Source: Acidobacteriota bacterium
GTDB lineage: Bacteria; Acidobacteriota; UBA6911
Direction of reading: 5' to 3'
DNA length: 64,000 nt
Assembly: GCA_031271905.1 (NCBI GenBank)
Contig: JAISUT010000017.1
Location: 17,436 to 81,435 of the forward strand
Every line of letters starts with the position of its first letter. The first letter of the stretch is position 1. Positions 1 through 11,450 of this stretch are shown here, piece after piece. A model generated the notes under the pieces. That model did not search any database, was not told the origin of the DNA, and saw only the letters and a program-made list of their open reading frames with translations. The translations under genes were made by a program, and so were the position numbers.

Positions 1-445
1 GGTCGATCCGCTGGCGCGGCGCGGCTTCTGGGACCTCATCTACCGCCTCTCCGACGAGGGGCGCACCATATTCGTGAGCACGCACTACATGGAGGAGGCG
101 GAGCGCTGCCACCGCCTGGCGCTGATGTACCAGGGCCGGGTGATCGCGCTCGGCTCCCCCGCCGAGCTGAAGCGTGCGCTGGACGGCTATCATATTTTCT
201 ATCTGGAGTCGCCGGACCTGCTGGCGGCCTTGGACGCGCTGGAGGGGCAGGACGGCGTGTCCGGTGCGGCGGTCTTCGGCGGCGGCCTGCATGTCGTCGC
301 GGACGACCCCGACCCGGCCGCCCCCGCCGTCCGCGCGGCGTTGTCGCGAAAGTCCGTCGAAGCCCTGCGGCTCGAACCTATCGAGGCGTCGATGGAGGAC
401 GTGTTCGTGGCGATGATCGAGCGCGAGGAGAGGGGGCGGGCATGA
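1..445 (+). CDS. ABC transporter ATP-binding protein, C-terminal fragment (the gene starts upstream of the window)
   Basis: The frame running from nt 2 reads VDPLARRGFWDLIYRLSDEGRTIFVSTHYMEEAERC, which is the D-loop/H-loop region of ABC ATPases. It is followed by a C-terminal regulatory domain, and its stop overlaps the start of the downstream permease. Confidence 0.8.
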   Translation, partial: VDPLARRGFWDLIYRLSDEGRTIFVSTHYMEEAERCHRLALMYQGRVIALGSPAELKRALDGYHIFYLESPDLLAALDALEGQDGVSGAAVFGGGLHVVADDPDPAAPAVRAALSRKSVEALRLEPIEASMEDVFVAMIEREERGRA

Positions 446-1596
446 ACTGGCGGCGCACGCGGGCGATGGCGCGCAAGGAGTTCCTCCACATCCTGCGGGA
501 CGCCCGCAGCCTGATCCTGGCGCTGATGCTGCCGCTGGTGATGCTGCTGGCGTTCGGCTACGCGCTGAGCCTGGACGTGGACCGGGTGCCGGTGACGGTC
601 TGCGACCGCGACCGGACGCCCGCCAGCCGCGAGCTGGTCAGCCGGTTCGACGGCTCGCGCTATTTCGAGGTCGTCTCCGAGGTGGAAAGCCCGGAGCAGG
701 TCGACAGGGAGATCGACCGAGGCCGTGCCGCGATGGCGCTGGTGATCCCCGGTTCTTACGCGAAGGACCTCGCCGGAGGGCGCGAAGACGGGGACGCCGA
801 GGTGCAACTGATCTTCGACGGCAGCGACTCGAACACCGCCGCCATCGCCCTCGGGTACGCCGACGCGCTGGTGCAGGGCTACGCGCTCCAGTTGCGCGCG
901 GCGGCGGAGGCGAAGCTGTCGGGCCGCCGGACGCCCGCGCCGGTCGGGGCGCGGACGCGGGTGTGGTACAACAGCGAGCTCGAGTCGAAGAACTACATCG
1001 TACCGGGCCTGGTCGCCGTCATCCTGATGATCATCGCGGCGCTGCTGACCTCGCTCACCATCGCGCGGGAGTGGGAGACGGGCACGATGGAGCAGTTGCT
1101 CTCGACGCCCGTGCGCCCCTCGGAGATGGTCTTGGGCAAGCTGTCGGCCTACTTCGCGCTGGGGCTCTGCGACATGGCCGTCTGCCTGGTCGCGGGGGTG
1201 TTCGTCTTCGGCGTGCCGCTGCGGGGGAGCTTCCCGCTCCTGCTCCTGTCCTGCGGCGTCTTCCTCTTCGGCGCGCTCTCGTGGGGCGTCATGCTCTCGG
1301 CCTCGACGCGCTCGCAGATGATGGCCTTCCAGGCGGGCGTCCTGACTTCGTTCCTGCCCGCATTCCTCCTGTCGGGGTTCATCTATTCCATCCAGAACAT
1401 GCCGGCGGTCATCCGGGCGGTGACCTACGTGATTCCGGCGCGCTATTTCATCACCATCCTCAAGGGGGTTTTCCTGAAAGGGGTGGGCGTCGAGGTGGGG
1501 GCGGCGGCGGTCGCGGCGGAGCTCGCGTTCCTCGCGCTGTACGCGGCGGCGGTGTTCGTCTTCGCGACCAGGAAACTGAGGGGGAAGATCGCATGA
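442..1596 (+). CDS. ABC-2 family transporter permease (YbhS/YhhJ-like)
   Basis: 384 aa. An N-terminal cytoplasmic segment and large periplasmic loop are followed by six transmembrane helices, which is the typical ABC-2 fold. The gene overlaps the ATPase gene with an ATGA start/stop junction. Confidence 0.85.
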   Translation: MNWRRTRAMARKEFLHILRDARSLILALMLPLVMLLAFGYALSLDVDRVPVTVCDRDRTPASRELVSRFDGSRYFEVVSEVESPEQVDREIDRGRAAMALVIPGSYAKDLAGGREDGDAEVQLIFDGSDSNTAAIALGYADALVQGYALQLRAAAEAKLSGRRTPAPVGARTRVWYNSELESKNYIVPGLVAVILMIIAALLTSLTIAREWETGTMEQLLSTPVRPSEMVLGKLSAYFALGLCDMAVCLVAGVFVFGVPLRGSFPLLLLSCGVFLFGALSWGVMLSASTRSQMMAFQAGVLTSFLPAFLLSGFIYSIQNMPAVIRAVTYVIPARYFITILKGVFLKGVGVEVGAAAVAAELAFLALYAAAVFVFATRKLRGKIA

Positions 1597-2804
1597 AGGG
1601 GATGGTGCAGAGGCTGCGCGTGATCATCCGCAAGGAGTTCTTGCAGGCGTTGCGCAACCCGCGCATGCGGGCGATGCTGGTGGCGCCGCCGGTCATGCAG
1701 CTCCTCGTCTTCGGCTTCGCCGCCAATTTAGACGTGGACGCGGCGCGGCTGGCGTGGGTGGACGAGGACCGGACGGCGGAGAGCCGCGAGCTTTTCAGCC
1801 GTTTCCAAGGCTCGGGGCGTTTCGATCTGGTCGCCGCGCCGGACGGGGGGGCGGATGAGGCGCGGGATCTGCTCGACCGGGGCGGGGCGGACGCGGCGGT
1901 GCGCGTGCCCGCGGGCTTCGGCGAGGACGTCCGGCGCGGCAGGGGCGCCGACGTGCAGGTGCTGGTGGACGGCGCGAACTCCAACACCGCGTCGATCGTG
2001 GCGCAGTACGCCGCGAGCGCGGTCGCCCGCTACGCGGAGGAGGCGATGGAGCGCTCCCTGCGCGGGGCGCGCTACGCGGCGGCGGCAGAGGCCGAGGCGG
2101 GGGGGGGCTCCGGCGCGACGGGGGGCGCGCCGTCCGCGCCGTCGTCCGAGGCGCCGCTGCCACGCCTTGTCGCAAAGCCGCGGGTCTGGTTCAACTCCGA
2201 CCTGCGCAGCCGGAACTACTTCGTGCCGGGGATACTGGTGAACATCATCACGCTGACCACGATGATGCTGACGGCGATGGCGGTGGTGCGGGAGAAGGAG
2301 GTGGGGACGATGGAGCAGTTGCTGGTGACGCCCGTCCGGCCCGTGGAGCTGATGCTCGGCAAGACGCTGCCGTTCGCCCTCATCGGCCTGTTCAACGCGG
2401 CGGTGGCGGTGACCGTCTCGGTGCTGCTGTTCCGCGTGCCGTTGCGGGGGAGCGTCCTGTTCCTGGGCGCGGCGTCGGCGGTGTTCCTGATGAGCACGCT
2501 GGGGGCGGGCCTTTTCATCTCGACCGTCTCGCGGACGCAGCAGCAGGCGATGATGACGATGTTCTTGGTCTTCATGCCGTTCTTCCTGCTGAGCGGCTTC
2601 GCCTTCCCGATACGCAACATGCCGCCCCTGGCGCAATGGATCACCTTGGCCAACCCCGTCAGGTATTTCGTGGAGATCGCGCGCGGCGTGTTCCTGAAGG
2701 GGGTCGGCGCCGGGGTGCTGTGGCCGCAACTGCTGGCGCTCGCCGCCTTCGGCGCGGCCATCCTCGCCGCCAGCGTCCTCCGCTTCAAAAAGAAGCTCGA
2801 CTAG
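1593..2804 (+). CDS. ABC-2 family transporter permease (second paralog, YbhR-like)
   Basis: The start is ATG 1593, overlapping the upstream stop as ATGA. The product is 403 aa, is paralogous to the preceding permease, and carries the same KEFLxxLRxP N-terminal motif. The six-frame track's ORF 963..2804 is an N-terminal read-through of this frame. Confidence 0.85.
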   Translation: MKGMVQRLRVIIRKEFLQALRNPRMRAMLVAPPVMQLLVFGFAANLDVDAARLAWVDEDRTAESRELFSRFQGSGRFDLVAAPDGGADEARDLLDRGGADAAVRVPAGFGEDVRRGRGADVQVLVDGANSNTASIVAQYAASAVARYAEEAMERSLRGARYAAAAEAEAGGGSGATGGAPSAPSSEAPLPRLVAKPRVWFNSDLRSRNYFVPGILVNIITLTTMMLTAMAVVREKEVGTMEQLLVTPVRPVELMLGKTLPFALIGLFNAAVAVTVSVLLFRVPLRGSVLFLGAASAVFLMSTLGAGLFISTVSRTQQQAMMTMFLVFMPFFLLSGFAFPIRNMPPLAQWITLANPVRYFVEIARGVFLKGVGAGVLWPQLLALAAFGAAILAASVLRFKKKLD

Positions 2805-3064
2805 GGCGGCTTTCCCTGCGATAAAATGCCGGACGGGCGCCCCCCCTCCGGAGAATCCCGCCTTGCCCTCGAGGGGCGCGCCGGGACATGCGTCAACCGC
2901 GCACCGTCTGCGCGTCGCCAAGCGCAATGCTAAGGGGCGCGATACCCGAAGCGCGATACAAGAAAACCATACGATTTCACGCAGCTCTGTCATAAAATCA
3001 ACCTTCGGCCAAAGAAGCGGCCATTGCGAAGGGAACACGAACAGAACACGGACGGAAGACGCTC

Positions 3065-5227
3065 ATGAAACAACATCGATTCGCAACAACGGCAATGTCT
3101 GATGTCATGCGAAAGGCCGTCCTGGCGGCCCTCGCCAGCCTGTGCCTTGCGCTCTGCCTCGGCGCTGCGCCCCTGCTCGCGGAAGACGGGTCGCGCCTCT
3201 GGCTGCGCGCCGAGCCGACCGCCCGCGCGCAGGTGGACGCCGACCGGCAGGGCGCCACCGTCCAGATCGCGCTCGACGAGCTTCGGACGCAATGGAAGGG
3301 CGCGCCCGTGCGCCTGCGCATCGTGGCGGCGGGTGACGCTGCGGCGGGCGCGGTCGCCCTGGGCGAGGAAGGCTACCGCATCGCCGGCGACGCGAAGGGC
3401 GGCTTCACCGTGTCTGCGGAGGCCGAGGCGGGGCTGCTTTACGGCGCCTACCACCTGCTGCGGCTGCAGGAGACCGGCGCCGTGCCGCCCACGCTCGACG
3501 TGTGCGAGAAGCCCTCGTACGCCATCCGCGTCCTCGACCACTGGGACGGCTTCGGCATGGAAGACCGCGAAGGCAAGCCCGTCGGCTCCATGTGGAAGCC
3601 GGAGCTGCTGCCCGTGATTCCCGACTTTTACAGGCAGTACGCCCGCGCCAACGCCTCCGTCGGCATCAACGCCGCCGTGCTCAACATCGTGAACGCCTCG
3701 CCCAACGTCCTGACGGCGCGCTGGCTCGGGCGCGCCAAGGCGATCGCCGACTTCATGCGCCCCTACCACATCAAAGTCTTCCTGTCGGTCGATTTCGCCA
3801 CCCCCGTGCGGCTCGGCGAGCTGAAGACCGCCGACCCCCTGGACGCGCAGGTGCGGAAGTGGTGGAAGGACAAGGCCGACGAGATCTACAGGCTCATCCC
3901 CGACTTCGGGGGATTTTTGATGAAAGCCAACTCGGAAGGCACGTCGGGGCCGCGCGACTACGGGCGGACGCATCTGGACGGGGCGAACATGATGGCGGAC
4001 GCCCTCGCCTCCCACGGGGGCGTCATCATGTGGCGCGCCTTCGTCTACGACCCGAACGAGACCGACCGCGCCAAGCAAGCCTATCTGGAGTTCCATCCCA
4101 ACGACGGCAAGTTCCGCGACAACGTCATCATCCAGGTCAAGAACGGCCCGGTCGATTTCCAGCCGCGCGAACCGGTCAGCCCCCTGTTCGGGGCGATGAA
4201 GAAGACCCCCGTCATGCCGGAGTTCGAGGTCGTGCAGGAGTACCTGGGCGGCACCAACCACATCGCCTACCTCGGCACGATGTGGGAGGAGGCGCTGGGC
4301 ACGGACACTTACGCGGAGGGGGCGGGTAGCACCGTCGCCAAGGCGACCGACGGCAGGCTGTTCGGGCACAGGCTCACCGCCATCGCCGGGGTGTCCAACG
4401 TGAGCGCGGGCACGCCCAACTGGTGCGGGAGCCACTTCGCGCAAGCCAACTGGTACGTGTTCGGGCGCCTGGCGTGGAACAACGGCCTCTCGGCCGCCGC
4501 CATCGCCGAGGAGTGGGTGCGCCAGACGTTCACCAACGAGGAGGCGTTCGTCGTCCCGGTGGTCGATATGATGATGCGCTCGCGCGAGGCGGAGGTGGAC
4601 TTCATGATGCCGCTGGGACTGCACCACCTGTTCGCCTTCGGGCACCATTACGGGCCGGAGCCTTGGGCCGCCCCGTCCAAGGCGCGCCCCGACTGGCTGC
4701 CGAAGTACTACCACAAGGCGGACGAGTCCGGGCTCGGCTACGACCGCACGGCGACGGGCAGCAACGCCGTCGAGCAGTATTCGCCCGTGTTGCGCGCCGC
4801 CTACGGCAACCTCGCCACCGTGGACGAGCGCTTCATCCTCTGGTTCCACCATGTGCCGTGGACGCACCGGATGCGCAGCGGCCGCACGTTGTGGGAGGAG
4901 CTGTGCCACAAGTACGACCGCGGCGTGCGGGAGGTGCGCGACTTCCAGAAGACGTGGGACCGCATGGAGCGGTACATCGACGCCGAGCGCTTCGCCCACG
5001 TGCAGAAGAAGCTCTACATCCAGGTGGGCGACGCGATCTGGTGGCGCGACGCCTGCGTCCTGTACTTCCAGACCTTCGCCAAGCGGCCGATCCCCTACGA
5101 CCTGGAGCGTCCCACGCAGGACTTGGAGACGCTGATGAAGATCGACCTCGTGGACTTCTACTACCCTGAACGGGAGTGGCGCGACAAGGAGCGGGGCAAG
5201 GTCATCCCCAAGCACATCGACCGCTAG
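3065..5227 (+). CDS. aguA: alpha-glucuronidase, glycoside hydrolase family 67
   Basis: 720 aa with an N-terminal signal peptide. Length and sequence across the protein resemble GH67 AguA enzymes, which release 4-O-methyl-glucuronic acid from xylo-oligosaccharides. Confidence 0.8.
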   Translation: MKQHRFATTAMSDVMRKAVLAALASLCLALCLGAAPLLAEDGSRLWLRAEPTARAQVDADRQGATVQIALDELRTQWKGAPVRLRIVAAGDAAAGAVALGEEGYRIAGDAKGGFTVSAEAEAGLLYGAYHLLRLQETGAVPPTLDVCEKPSYAIRVLDHWDGFGMEDREGKPVGSMWKPELLPVIPDFYRQYARANASVGINAAVLNIVNASPNVLTARWLGRAKAIADFMRPYHIKVFLSVDFATPVRLGELKTADPLDAQVRKWWKDKADEIYRLIPDFGGFLMKANSEGTSGPRDYGRTHLDGANMMADALASHGGVIMWRAFVYDPNETDRAKQAYLEFHPNDGKFRDNVIIQVKNGPVDFQPREPVSPLFGAMKKTPVMPEFEVVQEYLGGTNHIAYLGTMWEEALGTDTYAEGAGSTVAKATDGRLFGHRLTAIAGVSNVSAGTPNWCGSHFAQANWYVFGRLAWNNGLSAAAIAEEWVRQTFTNEEAFVVPVVDMMMRSREAEVDFMMPLGLHHLFAFGHHYGPEPWAAPSKARPDWLPKYYHKADESGLGYDRTATGSNAVEQYSPVLRAAYGNLATVDERFILWFHHVPWTHRMRSGRTLWEELCHKYDRGVREVRDFQKTWDRMERYIDAERFAHVQKKLYIQVGDAIWWRDACVLYFQTFAKRPIPYDLERPTQDLETLMKIDLVDFYYPEREWRDKERGKVIPKHIDR

Positions 5228-5232
5228 CTGTC

Positions 5233-5300
5233 GGGAGCCTCTAAAAACCCCGGACGCCGCGTTGCGCCTTGGGATTCGATATGCGGCTTCGCGGCGGACG
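5233..5300. repeat. truncated copy of the interspersed palindromic element family (left arm CCTCTAAAAACCCCGGACGCCGCGTTGCGCCTTGG plus part of the core)
   Basis: It matches the left half of the long-form copies at 24574, 34162, 43448 and 44803. It sits between the convergent genes aguA and rng. Confidence 0.6.
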
Positions 5301-5328
5301 CCCCCCTTGCGGAGGGGACGCCCCGCGC

Positions 5329-7473
<2,145 letters not shown>

Positions 7474-7995
7474 GAACCTGCTCCCGTGTCATGGGACGCA
7501 GCCGCCTGAGCGAGGAATGAAGGGGTCGGTGCGGATCAGAACAGACAAGGCACGCCTTTCAGGTCGTCACCCGTGTTGGTTGACAAAAGTGATTTTAACG
7601 CCATGATCGCGCTTCCATCATGAACCTGTTAACCTGTTGCGAACCTTGCCTTTTAACCGGGAGAAACCGTTCGGACGCCCCGGCTCGCCTCATCGCGAGC
7701 CCTCCGCGAGGCCGATGGCGGGGCGACAGCGCCTTTCGGCTTCCGCCCTGCGTCCATCCCTTCCGGAGACGCCTGGTGTCTCGCACTGCGAAAATCTTGC
7801 CTGCACCCCGACAGGGGCGTGCAGATCGAATCCCGTTTCTTGCATCCGCCCTTCGCTTATCGCAAAGCGACTGGTCGATTGTGAAAACCAAAATGCTCAA
7901 TTGTTCTCGAAAACTTGCAATCACCGTTGAAAATGATGACATGCGAAACGTTCAAACTTGAAATTCGCAACGGGTCTCATCGAACCCGAAAGAGT

Positions 7996-8024
7996 ATAGT
8001 AGATGCCCCTTCGCCTGATTGCAA
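7996..8024 (-). promoter_or_regulatory. candidate sigma70-type promoter for rng (minus strand -35 TTGCAA, 17-nt spacer, -10 TACTAT), implying a ~515-nt leader
   Basis: On the minus strand the sequence reads ccacTTGCAAtcaggcgaaggggcatcTACTATact. It lies in a relatively AT-rich stretch of the 630-nt rrf2-rng intergenic region. Confidence 0.3.
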
Positions 8025-8103
8025 GTGGTTATCTGCCATATGGATTCCCTTGGCGGGACGGCGCTTGCGCGGGGAGAGGTGGAACCGGGAAGGCGCAGTC
8101 CCC

Positions 8104-8553
8104 TTAGATGACCCAGTTGGGGGTCGTCCGGCTTTGCTTGTCCTGCCACTGCCGGACCAAGTCCGCGAAAGTGGTCTTGTCGAGTATCTCCGAGATGCGG
8201 ACGTCGGTTTGGTGCCACAAGGTCGTGAAGGGGTTTTCATCCACGGGCGTCTCGTTGTGGCGGTTGTTCTTGCGCCCTTTGACGAAGCGCAAGACCTCGC
8301 CCACGGTGAGCTTGTCCGGTGGGCGGGACAAGTTGTAGCCGCCGTTCACTCCGCGCCACGACTCCACGAAGCCCCCACGCTTCAACTCTGCGAGGATCAG
8401 TTCCAAGAATTTTTGCGGGATTTGCTGCCGCTCGGATATCTTGGCGATCCGGATGGGCACCCCCGGCTGTTGTTGCGCCAAGTCGAACAGCGCGCGCAAC
8501 GCATAATCATCTTTTGACGAGATTCCCGCTAAGACAAATGACATATCATCCAT
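8104..8553 (-). CDS. Rrf2-family transcriptional regulator (IscR/NsrR-like)
   Basis: The N-terminal wHTH region ISSKDDYALRALFDLA and the motif KISERQQIPQKFLELILAELKRGGFVESWRGVNGGYNL are typical of Rrf2 proteins. The true start may be the internal Met at MSFV. Confidence 0.75.
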   Translation of the reverse strand: MDDMSFVLAGISSKDDYALRALFDLAQQQPGVPIRIAKISERQQIPQKFLELILAELKRGGFVESWRGVNGGYNLSRPPDKLTVGEVLRFVKGRKNNRHNETPVDENPFTTLWHQTDVRISEILDKTTFADLVRQWQDKQSRTTPNWVI

Positions 8554-8710
8554 AGTTGATGAAGATTAGACAATTTCCGCGCAGAATTCAACATCGATTC
8601 GATCGGGGATGTGGAAAAGAGTCCCGTGGAGGGTGGCGCCATAAACGGCACGGACGGGAGGTGGAAGATGTCCGACAGGTACGGGGAAGGTTGCAAGTCG
8701 TTGATTTGAT

Positions 8711-8786
8711 TGGTGAGCCGTGCTGGATTCGAACCAGCGACCCTCTGCTTAAAAGGCAGATGCTCTGCCGACTGAGCTAACGGCCC
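8711..8786 (-). tRNA. tRNA-Lys (anticodon UUU)
   Basis: The reverse complement GGGCCGTTAGCTCAGTCGGCAGAGCATCTGCCTTTTAAGCAGAGGGTCGCTGGTTCGAATCCAGCACGGCTCACCA folds as a cloverleaf. The anticodon loop CTTTTAA gives anticodon TTT. The T-arm GGTTCGAATCC and the 3' CCA are both encoded. Confidence 0.9.
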
Positions 8787-8914
8787 ACGTTGCGGGACTT
8801 ATCCACTGAAGGGCTTCATCGCAATGCCCCCTGCGCGACTTTGCGGATGCCAGGCATTGAGACGGCGGGGCAAAGATTAGCACGGCGTCCGCGAGTTGCA
8901 AAGCCGAAACATTG

Positions 8915-8950
8915 CACTTCGGACACTTCGGACACTTCGGGCACTTCAAG
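8915..8950. repeat. 9-bp tandem repeat (CACTTCGGA x4, imperfect)
   Basis: The sequence reads cacttcgga cacttcgga cacttcggg cacttcaag. It lies in the intergenic space between tRNA-Lys and the hydrolase gene. Confidence 0.7.
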
Positions 8951-9111
8951 CTGGCGCTTGACCCTGAACGGCAAGGGCGCGTCCTGCCTATGCGACCCGC
9001 ACACGGCAGGTCGCGTTCTGCGCCTGCCGGGCTTACGGGGTCGAAAGGTGTTCCCGCGTGGGGAAGTCGCGTGAGGAATGCGGGGCGCATATGGGCGCGG
9101 CGCTGGCAGGG

Positions 9112-10272
9112 TCAATCGGTCATGACCGCCGCCAGACGGTAGCCGAAGGAGAAGATGTCCCATCCGGTCGCCAACTTTTGCCGGAACGTCTGCGGCGCTT
9201 CCACCGGCTGCGTGTGGGACAGCAGCGGGCTGACGAGAAGGTGGGCGGCGCGGCCTTGTCCGACGACCCGCCGGTGCAACTCGACGCTTTCGCGCGGGGG
9301 GATCAGGTCGTCATGCGCGCCGTGGATCAAAAAGAGCGGGCACCGTAATTCGGCGAGGGGTTTCTCCGGGCTGAGGTCATCGTAGAGCGCCGCCGCCAGA
9401 TGGCGTTCGATGGCGGTCGCCAGCTCCCCGTCGGTCTGACCCGGCCGCACGGTGGCAAGCCCGTGCCAGCGCCTCCCCGCCGGCGTCATGCCAGGCGGGA
9501 CGGCGGGCGCCCTGTGCGTGGCGATCAGCGCCGCGACGGTCTCGTCCATGAAGCGGCGCTCCACGGGGGTGGGGAGCATGTCCAGCGCCGCGCGCATCAG
9601 GAGCCAGCGGGCGTAGTAACGTTGCGGGTAAAATCCTTTCCACTCGTCGGGCGAGCCTGCGGCGAACCACTCCCGCGCACAACCGATGAGGTCGAAATAC
9701 GGGCCGATGGCGAGCACGAAGGCGGTGTCGTCCCTGATCTCCGGCCGGCTCGCGGCGATGATCGCCATCGTGCCGGAGTAGGATATCCCCGCCATGCCGA
9801 CCTTGCGGATGCCCGCCCCCCCCTCCAAAGAGGGGACTTGGCCGTGCCAGAACGTGATCTGCCGGATGGGTTCGGCGGATATCTCGAACTCGCGGAATTC
9901 GCGGATGTCCGGGGTGACCACCAGCAGGCCGTTCGACGCCAGCGTGCGGGCGAGGGCGACCAGCCGCGGGTCGTGGCACCCCTTCTCGCTGAGCCCCGCC
10001 GCGATGATGACGGCGGTCTTCGGCGCCGTCCCGGACGGGCGGTAATAGAGCGCCTCGTAAGTCCGCCCCCCGTCACCCGTGCGGTCGGCCTTGGCGTCGG
10101 TCACCGCGAGATCCCGCCGTTCGACCCCGTTTGACAAGTCGTGCGTCAAACGGTCCAGGGAGAAGGCGAGCCGGGCGGCCCAAGCGACGCGCCCCACCGG
10201 ATGCCATGAGACGGCGACCGCCACCAGCACCGCGGCGAGGGCGAACCAGCGTTTTTTACGTGCGAGGCGCAT
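9112..10272 (-). CDS. alpha/beta-fold hydrolase (dienelactone hydrolase / S9 peptidase-like) with an N-terminal signal/anchor
   Basis: 386 aa. It has a hydrophobic N-terminus (MRLARKKRWFALAAVLVAVAV), a GISYSG nucleophile elbow (GxSxG), and an HGAHDDLIP motif typical of alpha/beta hydrolases. Confidence 0.6.
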   Translation of the reverse strand: MRLARKKRWFALAAVLVAVAVSWHPVGRVAWAARLAFSLDRLTHDLSNGVERRDLAVTDAKADRTGDGGRTYEALYYRPSGTAPKTAVIIAAGLSEKGCHDPRLVALARTLASNGLLVVTPDIREFREFEISAEPIRQITFWHGQVPSLEGGAGIRKVGMAGISYSGTMAIIAASRPEIRDDTAFVLAIGPYFDLIGCAREWFAAGSPDEWKGFYPQRYYARWLLMRAALDMLPTPVERRFMDETVAALIATHRAPAVPPGMTPAGRRWHGLATVRPGQTDGELATAIERHLAAALYDDLSPEKPLAELRCPLFLIHGAHDDLIPPRESVELHRRVVGQGRAAHLLVSPLLSHTQPVEAPQTFRQKLATGWDIFSFGYRLAAVMTD

Positions 10273-10300
10273 CTATAGGCTCCGACCGCTCCAGGCGCCC

Positions 10301-10900
10301 CTACGCGCGGATGCGGTAGTAGTCCCGCCGCTCGAAGCAGGGGTGGCAAAGGGTCTCGCCGGCGGCCTCGACCTCCCTGCCGTCCAAGACGTCCTCGCCG
10401 CAACGTGCGCAGACGGCGCGGCGCACGGGCTTTCCCGGCAAATCCTCCGGCGGGAGGGGCACCTCCACGTCCAGGACGCGGAAAAGCTCCTCGTCGGACA
10501 TCTTCGCCAAGTCGGGCTCGCCCCCGTCGGCGGTCGGCCTGCGGTTGGCGTCGGTGGGGACGACGCGGACGGCGCGGTTCGTCTCCAGGTTGACGAACGT
10601 GGCAGCCATCTTGCCATAGTCCTTCACCTTCATGGAGCGCTTGCCCGGACGGCAGCCGGTCAGCGCCATGATGGCGTCGGTGGCGCAACGGTCGATCTCC
10701 ACGAACACCATCAGCTTCTTCTTGTCGGCTCCCCTGGGGTCGCCGATGCCCAAGTGCCGCAAACCGCACATGGTCATGCGCGTGCCGATGCGGATGCCGC
10801 CGCAGATGTCGCCGTGGAACGCCCCCGCCTCCGCCAACAAGCCCTCGTAATTGCCCAGATCGTATATCGCCATGAGACCTTCCCCCCACTCCCTTCCCAA
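10301..10900 (-). CDS. FmdE-family protein (formylmethanofuran dehydrogenase subunit E-like domain plus C-terminal zinc ribbon)
   Basis: An FmdE domain (AGAFHGDICGGIRIGTRM ... VEIDRCATDAIMALTGCRPGKRS) is followed by a CxxC..CxxC zinc ribbon (CARCG...CHPC). The true start is probably the Met at MAIYDL (10873). Confidence 0.7.
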   Translation of the reverse strand: MGREWGEGLMAIYDLGNYEGLLAEAGAFHGDICGGIRIGTRMTMCGLRHLGIGDPRGADKKKLMVFVEIDRCATDAIMALTGCRPGKRSMKVKDYGKMAATFVNLETNRAVRVVPTDANRRPTADGGEPDLAKMSDEELFRVLDVEVPLPPEDLPGKPVRRAVCARCGEDVLDGREVEAAGETLCHPCFERRDYYRIRA

Positions 10901-10928
10901 TTAGATGCAGATGCGCCGACGTCTTCGC

Positions 10929-10972
10929 ACGTCGCGTCAACGTCGCGCGTCAACGTCGCGCCAACGTCGCAG
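10929..10972. repeat. ~11-13-bp tandem repeat (CGTCGCG(C)(G)TCAA x ~4)
   Basis: The sequence reads acgtcgcgtcaacgtcgcgcgtcaacgtcgcgccaacgtcgcagg. It lies 30-70 bp upstream of the fmdE-family start in a divergent promoter region. Confidence 0.65.
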
Positions 10973-11450
10973 GCTCAAAATAGCACATGCGCGCAGCAGG
11001 CAAAACCCTGGACTTGAAGGAACGCCCCCCTTGGAGGAATGCCGAGGGAAGGTCGAAAGTGCGCCGAATGACGGGCGCAGCCCGGTCTCGGGCGGCGGAC
11101 GCCCCCGGAAGGTGCGCGGGATGCGCGGATGGGCGGACGACGGCCCGACGGGGACGCGCCCCGCGCCGACGGCATGTCGAGGCATGCCCCGCCCCCGGGA
11201 CGTCCGCATGCAGTGGCACGATGCGCCTGGCGATTACAGGTATGCCGTGCCACTGGTGTTGACCCCGCGACCCCCCTTTTCGATGTAAAAAAACACTTAT
11301 CGGCACGCCCCCGTAAAGTATTAGTAGCTTTCTTCCGCTTTGTTCGAGGAGGATCCGCTAAGCGCGCCAAAGGATGCCGGGCGCCGGGTCGGCGGCGGTC
11401 GAGGCGGCCCGGGGGGCGGGGGTGGCGGGGGTGGCATACAAAGTCCTGCC

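Noticed and set aside
963-2804. 613-aa ORF spanning the junction of the two ABC-2 permease genes
   Set aside because: Its first 210 codons lie out of frame inside the first permease gene and encode Arg/Gly/Ala-rich low complexity. The conserved permease sequence starts at ATG 1593 (MKGMVQRLRVIIRKEF), which overlaps the upstream stop as ATGA.
2990-5215. 741-aa ORF antisense to the alpha-glucuronidase gene. The same pattern recurs at 5269..6825 antisense to rng, 13549..16602 antisense to purL, 17085..19352 antisense to dsbD, 20423..22306 antisense to proS, 37054..38973 antisense to glgB, 40552..43317 antisense to the AOR, and 48547..50526 antisense to an antiporter gene
   Set aside because: All are stop-codon-poor mirror frames, as expected at ~70% GC. 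Their translations are Arg/Ala/Gly/Pro low-complexity with no conserved motifs, whereas the opposite strand encodes clearly recognisable proteins.
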